DNA of 61,781 nt, the filler included, from Choristocarpus tenellus KU-1152 (taxonomy: Eukaryota > Protista > Phaeophyceae), in assembly GCA_964200185.2 (NCBI GenBank). It is 8 parts of 8 records of this genome, joined end to end, with 100 filler letters (N's around TTAATTAATTAA, not from the genome) between each part and the next. Parts side by side here need not be neighbours in the genome. Positions count along the whole stretch, not along the records: positions 17,079 to 28,337 come from CAXNAD020002421.1; positions 28,438 to 33,619 come from CAXNAD020011593.1; positions 33,720 to 53,031 come from CAXNAD020000473.1; 5 more parts are not named here. One strand, 5' to 3'. The notes beneath the pieces are model-generated. The model made no database searches and was not told where the DNA came from. It worked only from the letters and a program-made list of their open reading frames with translations. The position numbers and the translations under genes are program-made. Below are positions 25,301 to 36,900 of this stretch, in pieces (within the stretch, counting starts at the first letter, position 1; the number at the start of each line of letters is the position of its first letter).

Positions 25301-28056
25301 TCACTCAGCTTCTGATCTGCTGGTAATAATATACCCCAGAAGCAATGTAGATCATTTGATTTCCCCAGCGTTTCTTCTATTGGCTGGCAAGGGGCAAGGC
25401 GGGTTGTGTTGGCAGGAATTGGAGGCAAGGAACAACTTTATTGTGATCCGCTGCAACACCCAGCAGCACTCTCAACATAAAAGAGGCGTTTCTTTATATT
25501 TGTACATCTTTTTTTGTCTTCATCGTCGACCGACAAGATAACCCTAACCCTAACCCTTACATAAAAGTAATCCTACATCAGTCCATTTATATCAAGTAAA
25601 AAAAAATCAATCATCTGAGATTCGAACTTATTACTCCAAGCACACGAAAAACAAGCCAATGACACTTGTTCCACTTAGTCAACATTCCTGTTGTCTAATA
25701 GTGGTCACTAAACACCTATAAACCGTATAGACTACCAGCCTATATTGCACAACCCTAACCCTAACCCTCTGAGTTGACAATGGCTTGGCAACACTGTTCT
25801 TAGCTGCCTCCAGCCGTTTGTGGGTTAGGGTTAGGGTTAGAAGATGGTGTGATTGATTAAGGACAAACTTGTGATGGTGAACCGTTGCATCCCGAGGGGG
25901 GGGGAGTCCATTTAGGTAGGCCCTTTTGAGCATTTAGGGATTTTAAACGTTCTGCCTTTGGTTAGGGTTAGGATTAGGGTTAGGGTTAGGGTTAGTCTCA
26001 TGCCGAAAATGTACCAATCTTTCTCGGGGAGGCTGTGACTGCAGAAGAGAAAATGAAGGGTTGTCCACATGTGTTGTCCATATGACTAGTGCAAACTAGC
26101 CCATTGGAGTACTTGTATCACAAGGTAGTCACAAGGAGCACAAAGACTCAATAAGACCCTCTTGAGATGGCATCGTCTGGTGCTGTATGTACCAGTGTCA
26201 GAGGAAATAATGTGATCCTGACTTTTGGCCAATCTGCATCTCTCTTAATTAACATCTCTTAATTAACATCGCTCTTAATTAACATCTCTTGATTAACATA
26301 ATGATCTCTTTTGTCAATACATTTTGGTTAATGTGTTTCACGTGTCACCTTGGAAGCAGCTGAAGCCAAAGTGCGCTTGGAGGAGCGGCGTACAAGGGTT
26401 TCCAAGGAGGCGGAAAAGGCGTGTCAGGCCCTTCGGAGAGAGAAGGATCAGCATGTGCAAAGGGTGACTGCATTCAAGGTATCTTTGGCAGTTTTAGGCA
26501 ACTGCAGACAATCTCTCCCACCTCCTTGTACTGTGTAGTAGTTTTCTTTAGGAGAAGGGGCCTCGATATATCCTAGATGGCAGTTTATACCTGGCAAATG
26601 CTTGTCATTCGACGTATGTCCAAGCATGCAGCACTATGGCCAGCATGCAGCACTATGGCCAGCATGCACGACGAGCTCTTTGATGCAACGTCATTCCTCC
26701 TACGTTGTGTCTGGGTACATGTGACATGGAGGCATGGTCCAAATATTGGACAGATGCAAGGTTGGTGTGTGATCAAGCAGTCAGATATGTGCTGCACACC
26801 CATGAAACATAGGGTTAGGGTTAGGGGTTGATGTTATAGCGCCCGGCACTTTGATGGACATATTTTTGAAAGTTTAGCAGATGCTTCCTCTAGGTGGACA
26901 GACACATATGTGATTGCTGATGCCTGCATTGAACAGTTTCAATGTGTACCTGATATGACATCCTCAACAGAAGTTAGTTATGGTTATCAGGTAGTCATAA
27001 CAACATTGATAAGAAGCGCGATTCCTAGCCTTCTAGACCCTAACCCTGAGATTAGTATGATAGCTTCTAATGTTTCTTGAGTTTGCGTTCTTGTGTGCAT
27101 TACTCCTTTTGTGTGAGTGTGTCCATTCCTGGAAAATTCTTGTCAATTTCTTGCCTTGGTCTCCAACGAGTAATTTATAGTGTTAAGTCATACCGCTGTG
27201 TTGTTTTGTTCTCTGAAGTGATCTTCCTACTGCACCTGACACGATATTCAACACATGCTGGGGTATGGCAAGTCTGAGACATGAAGTTATCCTCTCCTCA
27301 AGACACTTTTGACCCCTTTCCCCTATTCTTGCCCTAACCCTAACCCTATTGTAAGGATGACCTCCATGCCAAGCTGGAGAGGTTATGTGCCATGTATGAG
27401 GAGGTGTCAACACGCCTGCAACAAGTAGAGAAAACTTACTCAGATGCAGAAGCAAAGGTAACCCCCTGCGGGAGGTAGTGTGTGTCCCTCCTTCGCTGTC
27501 ACCTCACAAACACAATGAAAACATAGAGCACTACTCCAGATGCAATTATCATACGATATGTATTTCACGCCTGGGGCAGGCACACATTGCCCCGGAGATG
27601 CTGTTTTTTCCAGAGCTTCTGTCACTACAGAATTGGATATAGTTTGGCAAGAATTTTGTAGCCAACACAACATCGCTTTCACCAGACAAAAAAAAGCATG
27701 TCTAGGGTTAGGGTCTACTACCTATAACAGTAAAAAGGAAGCAACTAAGAATGTAAAAATCAGCATCAAAATAAAAAGGATATGATAAATAAATAAATAT
27801 TTCCAATTTTCTTGCAGTACTCTTCGAGCATGAATTCTAACTGCTGCTGAGCCCAACTTGTAGGAATGTGATGTTTATGATAAGATGACCAAACTGCTGA
27901 GTGATTTCTCTCTTTCTTTTGGGTTGTTAGGTCCAAGAGAGAGCCAGGCAAGAGTTGCAATCTGCCCTACATCGTGAGGAGCGGGCAATTTCCCAAAAGA
28001 TGGAGGCGATGGCATCCCGACATACCACTACTGGTCGTAAATTGGAAACACGATGA
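22397..28056 (+). CDS. Unknown protein: disordered basic N-terminal region plus C-terminal coiled coil
   Basis: Exons ~22397-23265, 24641-24710, 26360-26478, 27356-27457 and 27931-28056 join in phase with GT-AG and end at TGA. E/K/Q/R-rich helical sequence. Start uncertain (ATG 22405 or an upstream exon). Confidence 0.75.
24421..24537 (+). repeat. Degenerate 21-bp tandem repeat, about 5.5 units
   Basis: Consensus GATAAYRYGATAATTCATATT; reads as DNxIIHI heptads. Confidence 0.8.
25960..25995 (+). repeat. Interstitial (TTAGGG)n, one of a dense cluster at 23.8-28.2 kb
   Basis: About 6 units with one TTAGGA variant. Confidence 0.9.
26237..26299 (+). repeat. 14-16-bp tandem repeat (CATCTCTTAATTAA) x4
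   Basis: Direct reading. Confidence 0.85.
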
Positions 28057-28337
28057 AGAGGCGTGTGTGTTGCACTTGGCATACATGATGTTTTTTGTGT
28101 GTGTGTGTGTTTTTCACCTCTTGCAGTATACCTGCATAGAACTTTTGAAATCCTAGGGGATCCAGGTTAGGGTTAGGGTTTTGATCATGAGAGAGATGTG
28201 TGATTTTGGTGATGATGTGAGTGTATCTATTGGATGTTTGTGTGATTAAGAGTTCAGTGGTGTGTTGTCCCTTTTTGTTGTGCTGTTTTTTTTTTTTTGT
28301 AATCATGATACATATTACCTTGGTCTTCACTCTACAG

Positions 28338-28437
28338 NNNNNNNNNNNNNNNNNNNNNNNNNNNNNNNNNNNNNNNNNNNNTTAATTAATTAANNNNNNN
28401 NNNNNNNNNNNNNNNNNNNNNNNNNNNNNNNNNNNNN
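28338..28437. other. Artificial contig linker
   Basis: Same spacer. Confidence 0.99.
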
Positions 28438-30415
28438 CCCCCTTGCGAAGCTGATGTCCCATCATGTATCTCACCCCCCCCCCGGGGCATAGTCAGTTCT
28501 TCCATTCCGTCATCCATGGAGGTAAGACTTGAATTGATTCTTGATCTGGGCATCATGGTTTATCTTGACTCCTTCCTGGTGATAGCTAAAATCCAAGTAT
28601 AATAACTACTCAAGCACGCTTAATAGGGTGCTATAGCATGTTAAGCTGTCGTTGACGATCTGTTATCCCACACAACCAGTCATATTATTGTTTATTAGCT
28701 TGTACCACAGTTGAGAAGAGAGTGAGATACCTTCACTAGGTGGGGCTCAGCAATCCTAACATTGAATGACTCAGAATACCAAAAGACTCAACGGTTCTCT
28801 ATTACCCGTCAGAAACACTCCGACTCTAAAAGTCTGTCGATTACTTCCGATCAAATATCCCATCTAAATATCCCGAATATCCCGCATTATCTTCTGTGCG
28901 TACATAGAATAATACTTCAAATCATATTCTCACAAATAGTCAAGCATAATCTTGACATACTTGGAATGTGATCGTTAATTTGTTGGCAATTTTGTGTTGA
29001 AACAGGTTATATTTTGATTGTTGAGTTCTTCCCTTGTACCCAACACAGGAGAGAGAGAGCAAGGAGAGAGCATGATAAGAATAGTGGGATGTGATACATG
29101 AAAATAATAAATGAAGATCAAGTAGGCAGACATTTCTCAGTTCGTACTGACTTACCAAGAAGGAAGGGTGTGTACTCTCAGCAAGTTGTGTTTGGTTGCT
29201 AAAGATTGAAGAAGAGGTACTAATACTGTGGTATACAATCACAATACATCCCCACTGCTATTTTTCCACGTAGTAGAGATGAAGAGGTATTGTCAGGTCA
29301 AAACGCAACTAATGCAACAGAATCGATGTTGCTTTCAATGAAGACCTTCTCATGCAACAATAGCTCGTTGCAGTATATGCATTATTTCCTGTCACACGAA
29401 TCAGCTATGGCACAGGTACTAGCACTACAGCTGGTTATTATGAAGGCAGTATAGATACTACAAAAATGAAGGGGATATAGTTGAAGTGACGAGCATTTGC
29501 CAACATTGTTGGAGTGACAATATGTCATTTCCACTCCAAAAGACGAAGGACTTTAACAATAAATGGAGCAACCCTAACTTAGAGGGAGGTTTACTTAGGC
29601 CCCTTTTAGTGTTAAAGGCTCTTCGAACCATCTGCCTAACACCCCATTCCCATGCCTGAAATGCAGCAACTCCCCTTGGGAATCCGTGGCTGTAGAGCAA
29701 TAGGAGAACAAGAATTACGTTAATCCAAATAAGCATGAAATTGCCCTCTAGAGTGCAAGAAGCACACAAACTAAAACATATTCACAAGGGGTCAAATAGT
29801 CAACAACATCCCCTCAACGTAGGTTACTTCAAAACAAAAATAAGAATGAGTGGACAGTGGTTATGGCATTGTTGACAGACCCCAGCAAAAACGAAATCGC
29901 TGACAGCGATCAAGGAATAGGGCACCATGCGAAATAGAGGCAGGGGCAGGTTGAGATAGCTCAACCTCACCTGGAGTGAGGAACAAGTTAATCAATCGAG
30001 ATTCTATTATGATTGTGTGCGGGTCCAGGATCAATCCATTAATGACCGGTGGTACAGAATCTAACATACTTTATTCACAGTATAAACCGCAAAATTACCC
30101 TGGACAACTCACGAACAAATGACTGAAGGTAGTGGCAACAAGACTCATTAACATGACACCAACTCACCACACAGCGACAGCTACACAATTTCCAGCCTGA
30201 CCTGTCATGCGTAAAACTACCATAATGAGAGGGGTAAAAAAATACTCCCCAGTCCCTTCAACTGGTTGATAATGACACCACATTTTCATTGAGTAGTGCT
30301 GAATGGCATGTTGATGTGGAGTCCTCCGCATTAAGAGGTGTAGGTAGCCAGAAATACAGGACGAACCAGGTAAACGTGCTGGCAGATATGACGTCCAGTG
30401 ACGTCTTCTGGGCCA

Positions 30416-33152
30416 TTATCCTCCCCTCATGTCTCTTGGGGATGAAGCTGCCCTCTCCATGAGCTTGGGTATGTCGGCAGAGAAGACCTTTTCCATCTCA
30501 TATACCAGGCTCTTGTCCAACTTCTGAGAAACGGGATCCAAGGGAGAGGGGATAGACAGGGAACAACCTTCAACACCTTGCCAGCAAGAAACACAAGACA
30601 AAGTCTCGACTCTATGCCTAGTGCTTGACAGGGAGGGGGAAGGGGAGACACGATGCGCACTTTTGGTTGTTGACGACATAAAGCTCTCGATCAACTAATA
30701 AAGTTAGATTCACCAAACATACAATCCCTCCATTAAGCCGAGAACAAAGCTTGTTTATACCATCATTGACTACCAGAAAATATCCCATCCCATACCTTGG
30801 GGGTACAGTCCCAAAACAATTCTACTGTAAGGAGCATTCTCATGTAGGCAAATACGAAGGTAGTTCAGGCACTTGTCATTGTCCATACACCCCCGATGGT
30901 GGACAGTCACACAGCTACTAGTGGTATTTTCACTCTGAAGTTCAAAGGGGGGAAAATATCCACGTATGGCTTCACGAAGCATGGTGTCAATGTAGAGGCA
31001 GGCTACTAGTGTACTAAAAATTATGTGAAGTTCTTGGAACTTCAGAGTGAAAATTCCGTAAGAAGGCAGGAGAGCAGTGTAACGTACAGAACGATGTTAA
31101 AAAAACTAGTGCAAGCACAGCAACAGGGGAGGACAGCAACAAACATCAAGGCAGGACAACTCACCGAGAATCTGCTGATGTCCTTGATCTCCCTCAAAGA
31201 TCGTCGGAACTTATCCACCTTGGGGAAGTCCCCCAAAGGAAGACTGTACCGCCTTGCACATGCCAGGAACTCTTGGTCTAGTCGGCGAATCAGCTTGTCC
31301 TGAGTGTGGTTGATTTGTTCGGAGTTATAATTTTGTAGGCATGGTCTGGCTCAGGGTAGCACAGGGTGTACCCAAACTGCAGTAGAGACTAGGAAGAACG
31401 ACATGATCTGAGGCTAGTTGTTTCTGAATGGAGGGGAAAAAAACAAACTATTTAGGGTTAGGGAAATGCAAAAAACACCCCCAAAACTACCAGGGCTCTG
31501 AGATAATTTCACGAAAATTCATCCCATCAGGTAGGTACTCACATCACCTTACATACAAACTCTACACAAGTAGGACCCATGCCCCTCAAGAGTCCTACTG
31601 AGTGCCCTCGAGCACCACCCCTTCACAGACAGTACCCGACAAGCCGTGCCTGCTTCTCCTGCTTGCCCATGACATATGGCATCTGCTTCCGCAGGTAGTG
31701 GATGATGTATGCATGAACCTTAACACTCCTGGCTCTCTTGACGAGCTCATTGATACGACGAACCACCGCATTCTCCGGCAATAGCAGCAGCTCCTGCAAA
31801 AGATCGTGCTTCTCTCTCTGATAAAAGGCATAAAAAAAAGTCATTGGAGGGAGGAGGGAAGGGTGGAGCAGCAAGCACAGCAGAGCCAACACAATCACAA
31901 AGGTAGCACTGGGTGGGGAATGAAGGGCATGGGCAAGAAAGAAGGCAAGGTGCAATAGACCTGACGTGATTTCTTGTCAACTTGGGTAAGGGAAAAGGGA
32001 GAAGATCTAGCCCCATGGCCCCAAGGTCTAAACTGGAGCCAGGCATCTAATACCGAACTATGTGAGCAATAATTGTAGGGGTTTCATTACGAACACCTGC
32101 ACCAAGTGCTTGCCTGTGCAATATACATTTAGCCCATCTCTCTTCCTTCCCTCAAAATACACCCACTTGATCAAAAAAGAGACAACATTTATCACAAGGA
32201 AATTCCAATCTGCCCAAACATTTTACTCTACAAACACATAGAGCACTGTCAACCCTGTTCCCACAACTATTAACCTTTTGCTTCTTTCTCACCTCCAAAA
32301 GTAACCGATTCTCGAAATTGTGAAGAGGGGCCTCCCAGAATGACCCTATATACACACGGCACACCTCAGGGGTTTGCATCACCTTGCCCAGGGACCACAT
32401 CAATGCCCCGTACACCCGCATGAGCTGTTGAGTGTCAATTGTATCTGCCTTGTTCAGCAAAACCCTGAAACAATAATAATACAGTCGGATAAGGACAGTG
32501 ACCACACCAGCACTCATTTCAAACGTGAAAGGAAACAAGCTTGCATTGTGTGTGTGGGGGGGTGGGGGGGGTGGGGGGGGGGGAGGGGAAGAGAAGTGCC
32601 ACAAACAGGACTGGAGATGTCAGGAAAAAGAAATACATGTAGAGACAGAACCCATATACTAAAACAAGCAACACTTTGCAACAGCTTTTTTCTTCAACTC
32701 TTACCTCCAAGCCTTAAAAGAAGAAACAAGTAAAAACATTGACAAGAGAACCTTTTAAAATACCTTTCCCAGAAAGCACAAGGGAGAGGAGAAAAACTTG
32801 TATATCAAGCAGGCTCACTCCTACTCTGAAGAACCCAGTCTCCTACCACAGCCCTTGCATCTCTGTCCCCTGCCTGCCCTTGTCTCCCTGTCTCTTGTCA
32901 AACATTCAAGTATCACAGGACTTTCATTGGCACAGAGAGTAGTGCCACTGTCTGGCCCAGTATAAGATGGTATATATATATATATATATCTGCATGTCTG
33001 GCGTATCTCATCCCCTCCCCCTCCACATCACAATACCCAAACCCTGTTACCTCATCTTGTCATGGTGTGGCCTGATAGTGTCAATCACCATCCTCAGCTC
33101 ATCTGATATGTCCAGCTTGTGGGCATCAAACATGACCACTATCAGATCTGCC
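30416..33152 (-). CDS. EHD: EHD/RME-1 family dynamin-like ATPase, 3' part
   Basis: Exons 33152-33051, 32464-32293, 31817-31650, 31299-31165 and 30523-30416: FDAHKLDISDE, RVLLNKAD, LMRVYGALMWSLGKV, RVYIGSFW, KVHAYII, GDFP. Confidence 0.95.
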
Positions 33153-33258
33153 CTGTTCAACAAAATAAAAAGAGGGCAGAGGTGAGACGCAATACTAAGT
33201 ACAAGGGCGCCAGAATGATGCTGGTCACAAATGACTTGCTGGACAAAATCAGAGATTA

Positions 33259-33522
33259 GAGCGAAAGTATCTCAGGGTAGGTAGAGTCACGTCCATTTGG
33301 GGACCAAAATCCAATGTTGCGATTTTCACGAAATTTTGACTATCGTGTTTGTTAGGAAGTGTCTATATCCTTGTTCCAGACACAACGTTTCATACCATAC
33401 ACATTTACCTACTCCAAAATGTTTCAGAGTAGGAAAAAAGTCCTAAAAAGTCCGAGGGAAGCCAGGCCCCAAACGGACACGAAGGGCGAAACTTGTACCC
33501 TAACCTTAAGATACTTTCACTC
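33259..33522 (+). mobile_element. MITE family A, diverged full copy
   Basis: Same TIRs and internal sequence; flanks ATTA/CTTA; right TIR carries an AACC insertion. Confidence 0.85.
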
Positions 33523-33619
33523 CTTAACGCCAATCAAACATGGGTGATGGGGGGTGTGGGCCGGCATGAACAGAAGCAGCATAGTTACAGTGCAGCAGAT
33601 AGTAACTAGGAATATATAT

Positions 33620-33719
33620 NNNNNNNNNNNNNNNNNNNNNNNNNNNNNNNNNNNNNNNNNNNNTTAATTAATTAANNNNNNNNNNNNNNNNNNNNNNNNN
33701 NNNNNNNNNNNNNNNNNNN
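33620..33719. other. Artificial contig linker
   Basis: Same spacer. Confidence 0.99.
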
Positions 33720-33998
33720 CCCCCAGTTACTTTGAGTCGATAACTAACATGAGGTCTCCAGTAATATATGCAGTGCTGGCCTTCAATGGGAAAGAATAAA
33801 AAATGTTTTTTTTCATCTATAAATATAGTGGGCTCAAGTTTGTGTAAGCACTGGCAAAACTATGGACCTTGTTTCCCCTACAAACATGGCAATAACCAAC
33901 TTGTGCACCAACAGGACGGTAAGCATTCAAATACTAGGATCATCTCGGGATCCAAATGTGTCCCACCCATCTGTTCTGATTCTGAAATTCATTTCCAG

Positions 33999-36900
33999 AC
34001 TACGGGTCTCTACTCTTCAGTGAACATTCCATCCAAGGGAACAGTGTTCGACCACTACGCCCACTTCTATCCTCCAGGACAGGGTGGTGTCAGGCCATAT
34101 GAGTGGCGCTCATGGGCCACTGATGTTCCTCAATTCAGGTACACTCATGCACCAATAAGATATTTGATTTGAAAAGAAGAAACACAACATTGCCTGCCTA
34201 CCTGGGTAGAGAACCTGTTCATGCCCACTCTCCTCATTTCAAGCTGCAGAAATGATGTCTTCCTGTTCATCCACAGCATGAGTCAGAAGATCAATGATTG
34301 ATTTACTTTGCTAGGTTAATGATCCCGGGTTGACATTGTTGGCATGAAAACTAAGCAGATGCAGTTTATTGCCAAATGTACAGGAATATCAACTTTCAAT
34401 GATCTCGTCAGTGACACATCCTGATATCCTCTTCTCTCAAGGTATCCATCACACGTCCCAGTATATGAGATGATGGTGCCCACAGCAGACACTGAGTTGT
34501 ACTCTTTCCTCTTAGAATTGAACACTGGCGCTGGTCGACCCACTTTCCTCACGGGTGCTAGTGGTGCTGGTAAAACAATGCTATGTTCGCAGGTGATACC
34601 TTCAACTTTCTGACCCGTGAACATTTTCGAGCTGAGATTTTCTTATGCTTTGGACACAAAGTTGTAGTATCTTTGTGCCCCTTATTTATCCTCTTTCATG
34701 GCCTGAGAAATGATTGAAATATCAATGGGCAATGTACCAGCCTGACATCATTTCATATGGGAATAACACTGACCCTTTGCAGCACTAAAGGTTGCGCACA
34801 ATCAATTACATTAGGATCACTAAGGAGCAGGGGGAAGACCTTTGTGATAAGACTATTGACTTGATAAATAGTTTAAGAATAAAGGTCATGAGTGGTCACA
34901 GCAAATGCATTGGAGAGAGGGAGGGAGGATTGACATATGTGGCTGGGAAACACCTAGGTGTGTAACTCAGAGCCAATTGATATCTACCTACCAAAAGAAA
35001 GTTAAGATGGGAATATTCTTGGCAAAAACTTTAGTGTACAGTAATGTGGCAACACTAGATGTAGGTTGGACATCTAAATACCACCTGCACAGTAGGTATA
35101 GTCCAAAATGTCAACGTTTTTTATTATTATATTCGGTTTTGAAGGTCCTCATAACGCTGTGAACAAGTTCCTTGTTTCAACCTACAATTCCTAAAACCTC
35201 AACAAGATATTTCCCAACACACCAAGTTAATTGCCTTGCCTGGATGAGTCAAAGCATTTAAGAGGGTAGGAGTTTTGCCCTGTTTGTCCTTTCAGGGCTT
35301 GGCTTCCCCCGTTTTTTTTATGCCCATTTTCGGTTTTCTGTCTAAACAGAGCTACCTAAAATGTATACAACTATCAGATCTTGTTTGGATCTTGCTTAAG
35401 ACTATTTAATGATGTACATCCTTCTGTACTACAGAAGCTATTCTCCCCCTTATAAAACCCAACAAATTGCTTCCAATGGTAACACTTAGATGATGTTCTG
35501 CAGCCAGATTCTGGACCTATGATGGTTGCCTCTAAAAAGGGAGTGGGTGGGCAAACATATCAAGAGATATATCTTCTTTTTCAAGGTTGATGGGTGACTA
35601 ATCCCAACAGAAGAGTCTCGTCCGCAAAAGGACCTTCAAAAATAGTACATCATTACACCTCAATTGGATTGACCCTAGCATATCAGCCTCCTTTGCTATG
35701 AGGAGCCCCTATGGTATTTTTTCCAGAGTTGACCCCTGATTTACCTGCCTGTGAAGGGTGCAAATAACTTGCAAAGTGATTTGGTGTTGAAGCGATGTGG
35801 TATGACTCACATGATCCATGGACTAGGTTTCTCCTTTCATACATGTTGCACTGGTCATTGGTGCACCTGCTTGTGCTGTTACACCATCCTAATAATATAC
35901 ACAAGAACCGGAATTAAACCAAAGTAATGCAATCACTTTAGGACTCCTTTCACAGATGGTAGTTCAAGTGAATTCTCTATTTGCACACTTCACATGTACC
36001 ATACCTCAAAGCGAGAATATGTAAACAAAGCTCGGCATCCTCATGTGTCAGATCATTTTTCTAGCCCAGAATCTCCATTGGAAAGCTCCAAAACTTCTTC
36101 CAGAAGAGAATGCCACATTTTCCCTTGCCCTTGCTCATTTACATATTTTTCCAAACACTACTCATTCAACCATGGCCATGCCCCACCCAGCTCTTTGAGC
36201 GTAAATCTCGTCTGTGTCCTCTAGCTGTTGTCCCACTTGTGGATGGCACTGGAGCCAGCCTTGGCATTCAGAAAAAAACAGGAAATGGGATGACCCAAGC
36301 TGGTCTTTGTACCCCATGGCTGCGAAGGAGAAACCACGGTGGAGGAGGGGAAGATATTAATGCACTAGTGGATTGGAGATCACCAGAGTTATTGCAGCTG
36401 AGAGTTCAGGTGACAGTTGTGTTGCCGATGACTGGTGTCCTGAAGTCCTGTCAGTTGTGATAAAGTGATCTTTCTTGATACTATATCCACCAGTAACACC
36501 TGCTGTGGATACACAGAAGCTTGTACATATTGAGTTCATCAGATGAGATAACTACTTTTCTTCAGTGGAAAATTCTTTGAAGATGGATGGTGTGTATTGC
36601 TCATCATGAGAAAAGGGCATGTTACGGTTATGTGAGATGTCTCCCACCAACATGCTTATTTTCCACTCTCCTATCTACAACACTTGTTGCTTATAGCCTG
36701 TTGAGGTCACATTTAGTGCCAGGAGCACTTCAAAGGCCTTGCAGGCTGCTCTTGAGGCAAGAATGGTTTCCGTACGTAAGAACCTGCTTGGGGCACCAGC
36801 TGGCAAGACCACTGTCATTTTTGTGGATGATGTCAACCTCCCTGCACGAGAAGCGTACGGATCTCAACCGCCTATTGAACTTCTACGCCAACTGGTGAGA

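Noticed and set aside
24421-26299. Tandem repeats as CRISPR-like arrays
   Set aside because: No unique spacers, no cas genes, eukaryotic intron context.
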